Source: Candidatus Aminicenantes bacterium
GTDB taxonomy: Bacteria; Acidobacteriota; Aminicenantia; Aminicenantales; Aminicenantaceae
NCBI GenBank assembly: GCA_023133225.1
Contig: JAGLWV010000116.1
Coordinates: forward strand, 1-47,017
Length of the DNA stretch: 47,017 bases
Direction of reading: 5' to 3'
This document shows, in pieces, positions 9,080-16,523 of the stretch (within the stretch, counting starts at the first letter, position 1; each line of letters starts with the position of its first letter). The position numbers were made by a program, and so were the translations under genes. The notes below the pieces were generated by a model that did no database searches, was not told the origin of the DNA, and saw nothing but the letters and a program-made list of their open reading frames with translations.

Positions 9080-9562
9080 TTATTCCAGGATTTCAGCGGC
9101 TTTTTTGGAGAGGGGCATTCTTCTTTTTATAAACTCAGAGGAATCCGGCGTTAAGAGTTCTTTTATTTCAAGGTATTTTCTTTTGCCCTTTCCTGTGATC
9201 TTCTTCTCTTTTACCTTATCCCATGGGATAAATTTCATATGAAACAGAATTCCATCAGAGCCTATATAACCATTCCATCTGGGGGTAAAGACTAATAAAA
9301 AGATGAGGATCAAAAGCCTGAAGTAGCCGGAGTTGGATTCTGGTTCTGAAAAGATCTGATACATGCACCACAGGAAATAAGCAAACAGGACAGGAAACAC
9401 AAACCAGTTAAAAGGAAAATTAAAATTGTAGAATGAAGACCAGCTTGCCTGTATCTTCCCCAGGGATTTCTTTTTAATCTTTAAGCTCCACAGGTTAAAA
9501 AGAAAAAAGGCAAAGGCCAGGAAGAATAAGACAAGGTAAGCGGCAATAATAAAAGCACTCAT
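9080..9562 (-). CDS. Small integral membrane protein (about 3 TM helices plus a basic C-terminal domain), function unknown
   Basis: 160-aa ORF. Its ATG overlaps the upstream stop by 4 nt (ATGA), which implies translational coupling with the CxxC lipoprotein gene. It has three hydrophobic segments followed by a K-rich soluble tail. Confidence 0.6.
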   Translation of the reverse strand: MSAFIIAAYLVLFFLAFAFFLFNLWSLKIKKKSLGKIQASWSSFYNFNFPFNWFVFPVLFAYFLWCMYQIFSEPESNSGYFRLLILIFLLVFTPRWNGYIGSDGILFHMKFIPWDKVKEKKITGKGKRKYLEIKELLTPDSSEFIKRRMPLSKKAAEILE

Positions 9563-10095
9563 TTATCCCCCTCCCTCAATTTTCCTGAATCATTAAAAAA
9601 ATTGAGTATCTCCTTTTTTTGCTTCTCGTTTAAAGGGAAAACATATTTTTTTAAAATTCTATTCTCCCGCTCAAAAAGTAGAATAGCTGCACCCTTCTTA
9701 GAAAATATCTTAAAGCCATGGGAATGGTCAAGGACAATCGGACATGTAATGTTATTAGCCTTGAAAAATCCTCTGGACTTCTTCTCAACAATCCTGCGGT
9801 AGACCTCTCTCCTTTCTTTTTCCTCAGGATTGTCATAAACGATAATTCCCCAGACCATATTCTCTCGAGACGGATAAGGCAAAAATTGGTAAAAATCAAG
9901 AAAAGAATTCAGACAGGGAGAGCATATAAGATTATCATATTTGACTATGAAAAGGACAAGCTTATCGGACGGGAGGAATTCTAAGGGTCTATTTTGCAGG
10001 CCAGTTGTGTTTCCTAAGCAACTGAAAAAAAGTAAAATTAACACCGTACTAAAACAACGGTGAATTCGAAATTTCTTTTCATAAAATTGGCTCAT
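9559..10095 (-). CDS. TlpA/redoxin-like thiol-disulfide oxidoreductase lipoprotein (CxxC)
   Basis: 178-aa ORF with a lipobox-like signal (VLILLFFSC). It shows thioredoxin-fold hallmarks: a beta-strand followed by CSPC (LVLFIVKYDNLICSPC), then CPIVLD ... AAILLFERENRILKKY, resembling the TlpA/ResA pattern. Confidence 0.6.
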   Translation of the reverse strand: MSQFYEKKFRIHRCFSTVLILLFFSCLGNTTGLQNRPLEFLPSDKLVLFIVKYDNLICSPCLNSFLDFYQFLPYPSRENMVWGIIVYDNPEEKERREVYRRIVEKKSRGFFKANNITCPIVLDHSHGFKIFSKKGAAILLFERENRILKKYVFPLNEKQKKEILNFFNDSGKLREGDK

Positions 10096-10108
10096 GGCCC
10101 GGCTCCAT

Positions 10109-11128
10109 TTATCTATTGATATAATTCACCTTGTATTTTTTTAAAGTTACTCCTTCATTGGCTCTTGAATAAAGATAATCCTGACCATCTATGTATATGC
10201 AGTGACTCCAGTCAGGGAGGGTAAAAGTGGCTAACAGCTTGCCTTCGGAGCTGAGAACATACACATCCTGGCTGGGATTTTTCGAAAAACTTCCACCAAG
10301 GACAAACACATGTCCTTTGCTGTTCAGAGCAATATCTTTATAGGCGAACCCAGAGGGAAGCAAAAAATTATGCACTTTTTTCTTTTTGACTTTTTTTATG
10401 TCCAGTAACCCCTTTGACCATATCTTTTTCCCCTCAGGATTTATTTTTTCGATCTTATCCTGGTGACAGTAAGCAAGATAGAGATAGCCCTGAGGATCAA
10501 ATTGAATCTCTACCGTATCCATCATCAAAGGAGTTTTTTTATCTGCATATTCGATCTCACGGGTAATCTCTCCTTTTGAATTATAAATAAAAATCTTTCT
10601 CCCCTTCGTGAAGTCCATTGAGAGTGTGGAGACCGCAATCTCAGAATCAGAAATGACCTTAAAATCGCTTACAGGAATAAGAATCGGTATTTTGTTTTTG
10701 TAAGTCAGATCTTTGTCAAAAACTTGAATTCCAAAAATATTTTGATCTGAGACATAGAGAAAATGCTCCGAGCTGTCTATAAATCTGGGAGCCAAAAATT
10801 CACCCGGACCCCGTCCCTTTCGGCCGGTCTTTTTAACAAGGTTTCCCCGTTCATCAAAAATTTTTATCGAATAATCCATGGCATCCGTGACATAAATACG
10901 TTTACTGGAATCTGCAACAATCCCCACCAACATGAACAGATCATCATCATCCAAACTGCCGATGGAAAGGACTTCCTCCAGAGAGATTTTAAGACGGTCT
11001 TTTCCCCACATGAACACAACAAGCGAACAAAGAACACCTATCAGAAGTAAAGCTTCAAACAGGCGTATTATGCCCCTTCTTCGAGCTCTGGTGAATGTAT
11101 TAAGCGATCTTTTCCTTAAAAGTTTCAT
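10109..11128 (-). CDS. Six-bladed beta-propeller protein (NHL/TolB-like), N-terminal membrane anchor
   Basis: The ORF is open from a GTG at 11146. The ATG at 11128 is preceded by AAGGAGGG. It has an N-terminal TM helix followed by about six repeats of the type hydrophobic-YV-S/T-D ... I.VFD..G (RIYVTDAMDYSIKIFDERGN, FLYVSDQNIFGIQVFDKD, KIFIYNSKGE, YLYLAYCHQDKIEKINPEGK, HVFVLGG...VYVLSSEGK). Confidence 0.7.
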   Translation of the reverse strand: MKLLRKRSLNTFTRARRRGIIRLFEALLLIGVLCSLVVFMWGKDRLKISLEEVLSIGSLDDDDLFMLVGIVADSSKRIYVTDAMDYSIKIFDERGNLVKKTGRKGRGPGEFLAPRFIDSSEHFLYVSDQNIFGIQVFDKDLTYKNKIPILIPVSDFKVISDSEIAVSTLSMDFTKGRKIFIYNSKGEITREIEYADKKTPLMMDTVEIQFDPQGYLYLAYCHQDKIEKINPEGKKIWSKGLLDIKKVKKKKVHNFLLPSGFAYKDIALNSKGHVFVLGGSFSKNPSQDVYVLSSEGKLLATFTLPDWSHCIYIDGQDYLYSRANEGVTLKKYKVNYINR

Positions 11129-11150
11129 GCTCCACCCTCCTTTCACTTAT

Positions 11151-11182
11151 CCTGAATTATTCATAAAATATGCCGACACTTT
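11151..11182. repeat. 32-nt short dispersed repeat (second copy at 38888-38919)
   Basis: cctgaattattcataaaatatgccgacacttt matches cctgaattatttataaaaactgccgacacctt at 28/32 positions. Both copies are intergenic. Confidence 0.7.
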
Positions 11183-11365
11183 CATTTATCTTCAATAATA
11201 TCAATTGGCTGTATTGCGTTCTATAATATATGACGGCTCAAATGGAATTTTTTCTCAAAGAGAGGGACATTCCCCAAAGTACCAGCCTTTGAATATGATC
11301 TCGTGAAGGATGGCACTTTAAGGGAATGTCCCTTCCTACTTGAACTTTTCCTGATGAAAACGTCC

Positions 11366-11635
11366 CTATTTTTCCGGGAGGTGCTTCTCGACATACTTTT
11401 TGCAAAAAACCCAGCCGTAAGCACAATAAATTACTTTTTGAGGATCCAGAATAATAAGTATCAGGTTGTCCCCCAGACACTCCATGAAGGCCTCCCCGCA
11501 ACTTCTATATTCTTCTTCTCCTTCTTCTGCAGTGAGAAGAACTAAATCTACGCTCATCAAAAGCATAAAAAAAGCTAACAGGAGTGCCACTTTTTTCGTG
11601 TTCTTTTGAATTTTTAAAACCACTTTTACCTCCAT
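11366..11635 (-). CDS. Secreted/anchored 4-Cys mini-protein, paralog B
   Basis: 89-aa ORF; an alternative GTG four codons downstream is preceded by GGAGG. It has a hydrophobic N-terminal signal/anchor (KKVALLLAFFMLLMSVDLVLL). It shares two motifs with the upstream mini-protein: SCGEAFMECLGD and CAYGWVFCKKYV. Confidence 0.6.
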   Translation of the reverse strand: MEVKVVLKIQKNTKKVALLLAFFMLLMSVDLVLLTAEEGEEEYRSCGEAFMECLGDNLILIILDPQKVIYCAYGWVFCKKYVEKHLPEK

Positions 11636-11678
11636 TTGTTCATAAGTTACGTTTAGTCTCTTTTCCTATAAACCTTCA

Positions 11679-11990
11679 TTAAATCTTCACATATCTCATA
11701 CAAAAATCAAAACCAATCGCGCAGCCACTCATTGCAGCTACTCCAACTGCAATCCCGGCTGCAGCTCCAGTAAATATCGCTACCAATCCGCCAATTAGTC
11801 CTCCAGCAAATCCTGCAATACCGGCTAAAACCGCGCTAACGCCCGCATCGATCGTGCATTCAACTAAAGCATCTAAACATGGATTTTTTCCTGCTGACAG
11901 GTGATGGGGAGCTACAAAGAGGAAGAAAACCAATACTGCTAAAGCTGCAGCCATAATTCTCTTTCCCTTGTTTCTTTTTAAATCTTTCAT
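11679..11990 (-). CDS. Secreted 4-Cys glycine-zipper mini-protein, paralog A (microcin/class II bacteriocin-like composition)
   Basis: I chose the ATG at 11990 because AAGGAGG lies 6 nt upstream and the longer ORF to 12047 would swallow the sigma54 promoter. The 103-aa product has a Sec signal (MKDLKRNKGKRIMAAALAVLVFFLFVAPHHLSA). The mature part of about 70 aa contains PCLDALVEC, a 44-aa Gly/Ala zipper (AGIAGFAGGLIGGLVAIFTGAAAGIAVGVAAMSG) and CAIGFDFCMRYV. Confidence 0.65.
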   Translation of the reverse strand: MKDLKRNKGKRIMAAALAVLVFFLFVAPHHLSAGKNPCLDALVECTIDAGVSAVLAGIAGFAGGLIGGLVAIFTGAAAGIAVGVAAMSGCAIGFDFCMRYVKI

Positions 11991-12015
11991 TTTTAACCTC
12001 CTTTCATCTTTAAGA

Positions 12016-12030
12016 GCAAATTCTGTGCCA
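12016..12030 (-). promoter_or_regulatory. Sigma54 (RpoN) -24/-12 promoter
   Basis: The minus strand reads TGGCAC-AGAAT-TTGC(T), an exact match to TGGCAC-N5-TTGC. The C of TTGC is 26 nt upstream of the ATG at 11990. Caveat: the predicted transcript start near 12004 leaves only a leader of about 14 nt that begins at the RBS. Confidence 0.6.
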
Positions 12031-12056
12031 TCATGAAATATAAACATTTATCAATT

Positions 12057-12069
12057 TAAGTTATTGATA
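12057..12069 (-). promoter_or_regulatory. IHF-like site between the enhancer dyad and the sigma54 promoter
   Basis: The minus strand reads TATCAATAACTTA, which fits WATCAANNNNTTR. It is embedded in an A+T-rich dyad (TTATCAAT/ATTGATAA). Confidence 0.3.
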
Positions 12070-12184
12070 TAAATAAAGATAGAAAATCTCTGTGCTTGCT
12101 AAAAATACTTTGAATTAAAAGCGGATGTCACACTTTTCCCTGAGCTTTCTCTTTCTTTAATTATTACAATAACTTAGGAGAGGT

Positions 12185-12206
12185 TGTCACGGCACAAAGT
12201 GTGACA
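12185..12206. promoter_or_regulatory. Candidate enhancer-binding-protein site (UAS): TGTCAC-N10-GTGACA
   Basis: A perfect 6-bp dyad with a 10-nt spacer (TGT-N10-ACA class) lies about 165 nt upstream of the -24 element. A related half-site ATGTCACACTTT (12125-12136) is the exact inverted repeat of AAAGTGTGACAT (12196-12207). Confidence 0.45.
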
Positions 12207-12335
12207 TTTAGAACTTGTGCCCTCTTTAACGAAAAATGAAATACGTGCCCCAATTTTCCATCATGGGATTCGATGCAAAAAATGAGCACCTGGTTTTTTA
12301 ATTAAAGGGAACTAAATGAATATCCTACGAGCGGA

Positions 12336-12584
12336 TGAATCTGAGGGGATGGAGGAAGCGACTTTGAAGATTTAGCCTTTCCGAGCCGTTCTTCGAGGGA
12401 ACCCGACGAAGTCGGGACTGAGGACTGTTTGAGCACGTAAGATTCAACCGGGCGGTCATGAGTATGGATGCGGTACATCACTGCGTGAGTTCAAATATAC
12501 ATGCGGAGTTCCGCAGGGCCGAGAAGGTCGGGGAGGAAATGGCGTTAAAAATCTGAATGGAGCGAAGCCATCTCCTCAGATTCA
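12336..12584 (+). ncRNA. Candidate structured RNA (about 249 nt), family not recognised
   Basis: tgaatctgaggggatgg (12336-12352) pairs with ccatctcctcagattca (12568-12584) over 17 bp. The only non-Watson-Crick pair is G-U on the plus strand (it would be C-A on the minus strand), which favours plus-strand transcription. Internal hairpins are CCCGAC-gaa-GTCGGG (12402-12416) and TGCGG-agtt-CCGCA (12502-12515). Further complementary blocks are AGATTT/AAATCT and GCC/GGC. No convincing ORF is present. Confidence 0.35.
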
Positions 12585-12620
12585 CCTGCTCTTCTTCCTT
12601 ATTACCAACTCAGGAATCCA

Positions 12621-14306
12621 TTATTTTGATGAGCCCATCATGGGCACTTTTAATCCCTTTTTCCCGGCAAACTGAATCGCTTCATCATATCCAGCATCGG
12701 CATGGCGAGCCACACCTAAGCCAGGGTCAACCGTTAGAACTCTTTCCAATCTCTTCTCAGCAGAGGCCTGACCGTCTGCAACGATGACCATCCCGGCATG
12801 GATGGAAAGACCGATACCCACTCCGCCTCCGTGATGCACGGAAATCCAGGAAGCACCACATATTGCGTTTAAAAGAGCATTAAGTATCGGCCAATCAGCA
12901 ATAGCATCAGAACCGTCCTTCATCCCTTCTGTCTCTCTGTTTGGCGAAGCAACCGAACCCGCATCCAGATGATCCCGGCCGATAACAATGGGGGCGCTGA
13001 TCTTTCCTTTTTTCACAAAATGATTGATAACTGCGCCAAAACGTGCTCTCTCCCCATAGCCGAGCCAGCAAATTCGAGAGGGAAGCCCCTGGAATTTCAC
13101 GTGTTTTTGGGCTTTTCTTATCCATCTCTCCAGAGCTTTATCTTCGGGGAATTCTTTAAGCACAGCTTCGTCGGTTAAATAGATATCCTCGGGTTTCCCT
13201 GAAAGTGCTGCCCATCGGAAAGGGCCCTTGCCGTAGCAAAAAAGTGGCCGGATGTATTCAGAGACAAAACCTGGAACATCAAAGGCATTTTCAACACCGG
13301 CCTTCTGAGCCTGGCCCCGGATATTGTTTCCATAATCAAAGGCTTTCGCGCCTCTTTTCTGCAGTTCGATCATGGCTTCCATATGTACAGCCATGGAATG
13401 ATAGGCTCTCTTGATATAATCTTCAGGATCTTCTCTTCGAAGCCTCAGGGCTTTTTCATACGGGATGTCATGGGGAACATAACCATTCAGCTCATCATGG
13501 GCCGATGTCTGGTCGGTTAAAACATCAGGAGTAATTCCCCGCCTGACAAACTCGGGAAGGATATCAGCCGCATTACCAAGAAGGGCAATGGACAGTGCCT
13601 TCTCCTTCTTTTTTGCATCAAAGGCAAGCTCCAAAGCCTCATCCAAATCATTCACCATGGTATCCACATACTTTGTCTCAAGCCGTCTCTGTATTCTATC
13701 TTTATCAACTTCGATGACTACAGCAACTCCCTCATTCATGGTCACAGCCAGAGGCTGAGCGCCCCCCATGCCCCCCAATCCTGCAGTTAGAACTAATCTT
13801 CCTTTCAGAGTCCCGCCAAAATGGGCTTGGGCAACAGAGGCCAGGGTTTCGTATGTTCCCTGAAGAATTCCCTGAGTGCCTATGTAAATCCAGCTACCTG
13901 CCGTCATCTGGCCGTACATAGTCAGTCCTTTGGCTTCAAGCCTGCGGAATTCATCCCAGGTTGCCCATTTGGGAACAATCATAGAATTGACAATCAGCAC
14001 TCGAGGAGCTTCAGGATGAGTCTCAAACACTGCCACCGGTTTTCCGGACTGGACGACTAATGTCTCGTCATTCTCGAGTTCCCTTAAGCTCTTCACAATA
14101 GCCTGAAAACATTCCCAGTTTCGGGCTGCTTTGCCTGTTCCGCCGTAAACAATAAGCTCCTCTGGTTTTTCCCCGACTTCAGGATCCAGGTTATTCATCA
14201 GCATCCTTAGTGCACCTTCCTGGGACCATCCTTTTGTTTGAAGCTGAGTGCCTCGAGGAGCTCTTATTTCCTTGTAATCATAATCTCTCTGGATTGCCAT
14301 AACCAC
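12621..14306 (-). CDS. hutU: Urocanate hydratase
   Basis: 561-aa ORF with full-length resemblance to urocanase (IRAPRGT...[45 protein letters not shown]). A GAGGAGGTGG RBS precedes the start. Confidence 0.95.
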   Translation of the reverse strand: MVMAIQRDYDYKEIRAPRGTQLQTKGWSQEGALRMLMNNLDPEVGEKPEELIVYGGTGKAARNWECFQAIVKSLRELENDETLVVQSGKPVAVFETHPEAPRVLIVNSMIVPKWATWDEFRRLEAKGLTMYGQMTAGSWIYIGTQGILQGTYETLASVAQAHFGGTLKGRLVLTAGLGGMGGAQPLAVTMNEGVAVVIEVDKDRIQRRLETKYVDTMVNDLDEALELAFDAKKKEKALSIALLGNAADILPEFVRRGITPDVLTDQTSAHDELNGYVPHDIPYEKALRLRREDPEDYIKRAYHSMAVHMEAMIELQKRGAKAFDYGNNIRGQAQKAGVENAFDVPGFVSEYIRPLFCYGKGPFRWAALSGKPEDIYLTDEAVLKEFPEDKALERWIRKAQKHVKFQGLPSRICWLGYGERARFGAVINHFVKKGKISAPIVIGRDHLDAGSVASPNRETEGMKDGSDAIADWPILNALLNAICGASWISVHHGGGVGIGLSIHAGMVIVADGQASAEKRLERVLTVDPGLGVARHADAGYDEAIQFAGKKGLKVPMMGSSK

Positions 14307-14415
14307 CTCCTCACGGTGTGGCTGTAAATATTTTGGACTTATCTATTGTTTACAGAAAACACCGGATAAGTATCTTACATCTTTGAAAAAAATTAAGGAA
14401 AAGAGTCGGTTTTTT

Positions 14416-16314
14416 TTATTCTATCCCTAACTCATCAATGATAAGTTTTACATAATTTTCCCTGGGAGTTATCAAGGAATAAAAATCATCTTTGATCTTC
14501 TTCACATATTCCTCAAAAAAGGTGAAATCATCCTGGTTGCTCCAGTTTTCCGTACTTAATTTTTCAAGAACCTCCTTGATGATATCCTTGTTCACAATCT
14601 CTATAGTGCATTCGGGAAGAGTGCCGGATTTTTCCTCTATCATCTTGCTGCTTCTCGAAAAAATATCTCGCAGGTCCTCTTGATATCTTATAATTTCCTG
14701 CTTCACAAAAAATTGATCTTTTGGAGATTCTGTCTGAGAAAGCTTTGTGTAAAGCTTCTTTCCTTCCTCTAAGTGACCGCTCAAGGTAGAAATGAGGCGT
14801 TCACTATCCAGGACAATTCTCTCCTTATTCTGATAATAGATAATGCCATTCTCATCATCTGGGGGATCGGTTTTTCGGTAATCCTTCAGAGGTTCATAAA
14901 CTTCCATGGATTCTTCGATTCCCGCTTCCTCTTTTTCTTCTGTTACCGGCATTTCCTCGGGTGGCTCTATAGTTATTGTATCTGATGTCTCATCCATCGC
15001 TTCCTGAAAACTGACTCCCTCTGCACCTTCCTCTTCTCCCTTTACTTCTTCCTTCTCAACTTCTTCTTTCTTCGGTAGTGTGCCCTTCAGTAAATCTTCA
15101 GCCTTGATTCTGATCGTCTCATCCATCGCTTCCAAAGGACTGATCTCTTCCTCGATTTTAAATTCCTCTTTTTCCGGTTCCTCCTCAGGTTTCTCTGTAT
15201 CCACCGTCATTGTCGTCTCATCCATCGCTTCCTGAAAACTGACTCCCTTTGCACCTTCCTCTTCTCCCTTTACTTCTTCCTTCTCAACTTCTTCTTCCTT
15301 TGGTAGTGTGCCCCTCATTAAATCTTCAGCTTTGATTTTAATCGTCTCGTCCATCGCTTCTAATGGACTGATCTCTTCCTCGACTATAAATTCCTCTTTT
15401 TCTGACACTTCCTTAGGTTCCTCTGCAGCCATAGTCTTTGTCGTCTCGTCCATTGCTTCTGAAAGGCTGACTTCTCCCTCCATTTTCTCCTCTGCTTCTG
15501 GAGGCTTCTCCTCTAGAGCCTCTTCCATTTCTTTCTCGGATAGCGGGGCTTCTATGTCTTCATCCTTTTCTTCCATCTCAAAATGAACATCATCACTTCC
15601 GGCTCTTTCTTCCTCGCTGATTCCAACTGTTTCTTCAGTCACCCCTGAAATAGGTGTGACTTCCTCTTTAGTTTCCTCTCCTATTGCTGTTTCCTCTCCT
15701 ACAATTTCAATTTCATCCTCTATACCAAACACATCCTTAATTTTTTTTACCTTTGCCAGGTCTTGCCCAAGGTCAACTCTCACCTCTTCTTGTTCAGCAC
15801 TTTCTGGAATCCAAGCCGGAGTCTCTGATTTTTCTTCAACTTTTTTTTTAATAGAGGATATTTTACTATCGGCCTCTTGATTGAATTCCTCCAACTTCTG
15901 GCTCAACTCGCTCACTTTCTTGAGTTCTTCGAGTGTTTGTCCAGTGATTGTCTTGAATTCTCTTTGGAATTGATTGGCCTTGTTGAGAAATTCATCTATA
16001 TTGCTTTTAAGATCTTCCCTTTTACGCTCATACTCGGCAATCAAATTCATGTAATTTACCCGGGATTCTTCATCCCCGGATTCCTTCTGCACTGGGTCTA
16101 TCTCCTTTATTTCTTCCTTTACTTCTTCCTTTATTTCTTTCTTTATTTCTTCCTTCTTTTCTTTCTTCTTTTCTTCCTTTCCCACCTGTTTGCCCTTTTC
16201 TTCAATTTCCTTCTCTATTTCCTCTTCTTTCCTGGCCAGTGCATCCTTTAATTTATTTTCAATATCCTCAATACTAAGGGGAGCTTTTTTCTTACTATTT
16301 TTATCTTTTGGCAT
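14416..16314 (-). CDS. Highly acidic Glu/Lys-rich repeat protein with a conserved-looking C-terminal globular domain, function unknown
   Basis: 632-aa ORF with a GAAGGAG RBS and its own sigma70-type promoter. It has an N-terminal K/E coiled-coil-like region, five copies of the [LQ]EAMDET motif within 76-aa tandem repeats, and a non-repetitive C-terminal region of about 170 aa. Confidence 0.7.
   Translation of the reverse strand: MPKDKNSKKKAPLSIEDIENKLKDALARKEEEIEKEIEEKGKQVGKEEKKKEKKEEIKKEIKEEVKEEIKEIDPVQKESGDEESRVNYMNLIAEYERKREDLKSNIDEFLNKANQFQREFKTITGQTLEELKKVSELSQKLEEFNQEADSKISSIKKKVEEKSETPAWIPESAEQEEVRVDLGQDLAKVKKIKDVFGIEDEIEIVGEETAIGEETKEEVTPISGVTEETVGISEEERAGSDDVHFEMEEKDEDIEAPLSEKEMEEALEEKPPEAEEKMEGEVSLSEAMDETTKTMAAEEPKEVSEKEEFIVEEEISPLEAMDETIKIKAEDLMRGTLPKEEEVEKEEVKGEEEGAKGVSFQEAMDETTMTVDTEKPEEEPEKEEFKIEEEISPLEAMDETIRIKAEDLLKGTLPKKEEVEKEEVKGEEEGAEGVSFQEAMDETSDTITIEPPEEMPVTEEKEEAGIEESMEVYEPLKDYRKTDPPDDENGIIYYQNKERIVLDSERLISTLSGHLEEGKKLYTKLSQTESPKDQFFVKQEIIRYQEDLRDIFSRSSKMIEEKSGTLPECTIEIVNKDIIKEVLEKLSTENWSNQDDFTFFEEYVKKIKDDFYSLITPRENYVKLIIDELGIE
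14990..15482. repeat. Intragenic 228-nt (76-aa) tandem repeat, about 2.2 copies
   Basis: Copies start at 14990, 15218 and 15446 (tcatccatcgcttcctgaaaactgactccc...). Copies 1 and 2 are near identical. Each unit contains two EAMDET-encoding sub-motifs. Confidence 0.85.
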
Positions 16315-16340
16315 ATCGGCTCTCCTTCACTTTTACTAAT

Positions 16341-16369
16341 ATTCTATATATGCATTAAAAATCTGTCAA
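16341..16369 (-). promoter_or_regulatory. Sigma70-type promoter for the acidic repeat protein gene
   Basis: The minus strand reads TTGACA-N17-TAGAAT. The -10 element ends about 27 nt upstream of the ATG at 16314. Confidence 0.5.
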
Positions 16370-16523
16370 GTATATACATCTCCCTACGCATCTCCCTATC
16401 TATTCTGTTTTTTTTGATAAAATATTGGCAAAACCGACAAATGAGTTCAATCACTACTTGAGGCGATTCTCAAGAGTATTTTTACCCCTATTCTTCCACC
16501 CAAAAGGGTGAAACCAGATAACC

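Noticed and set aside
11221-11501. 67-aa and 87-aa minus-strand ORFs overlapping mini-protein B and the downstream gap
   Set aside because: They are out of frame with and overlap the better-supported mini-protein B. They have no RBS, no signal peptide and no paralogy motifs.
12336-12584. Assignment of the structured RNA candidate to 6S, SRP, RNase P or tmRNA
   Set aside because: The SRP GGAA-tetraloop domain IV consensus, the RNase P GGAAAGTCCGGGC box and the tmRNA tRNA-like ends are all absent. It is longer than typical 6S RNA, and I could not define a central bubble with confidence. I kept it as an unclassified candidate only.
12557-12787. 76-aa plus-strand ORF overlapping the 3' end of hutU and the RNA candidate
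   Set aside because: It lies antisense to a strongly supported hutU, has no RBS and has low-complexity Ser/Leu/Pro composition. It is a shadow ORF.
15877-16251. 124-aa plus-strand ORF rich in FFLYFFLY repeats
   Set aside because: It is the antisense mirror of the K/E-rich (GAA/AAG codon) region of the acidic protein gene, so it is a low-complexity artefact.
16081-16260. Pyrimidine-rich quasi-repeats (ttcttcctttatttctt...) that look like a simple-sequence repeat
   Set aside because: It is the antisense of the Lys/Glu-rich N-terminal coding region of the acidic protein. This is codon-driven low complexity, not an independent element.
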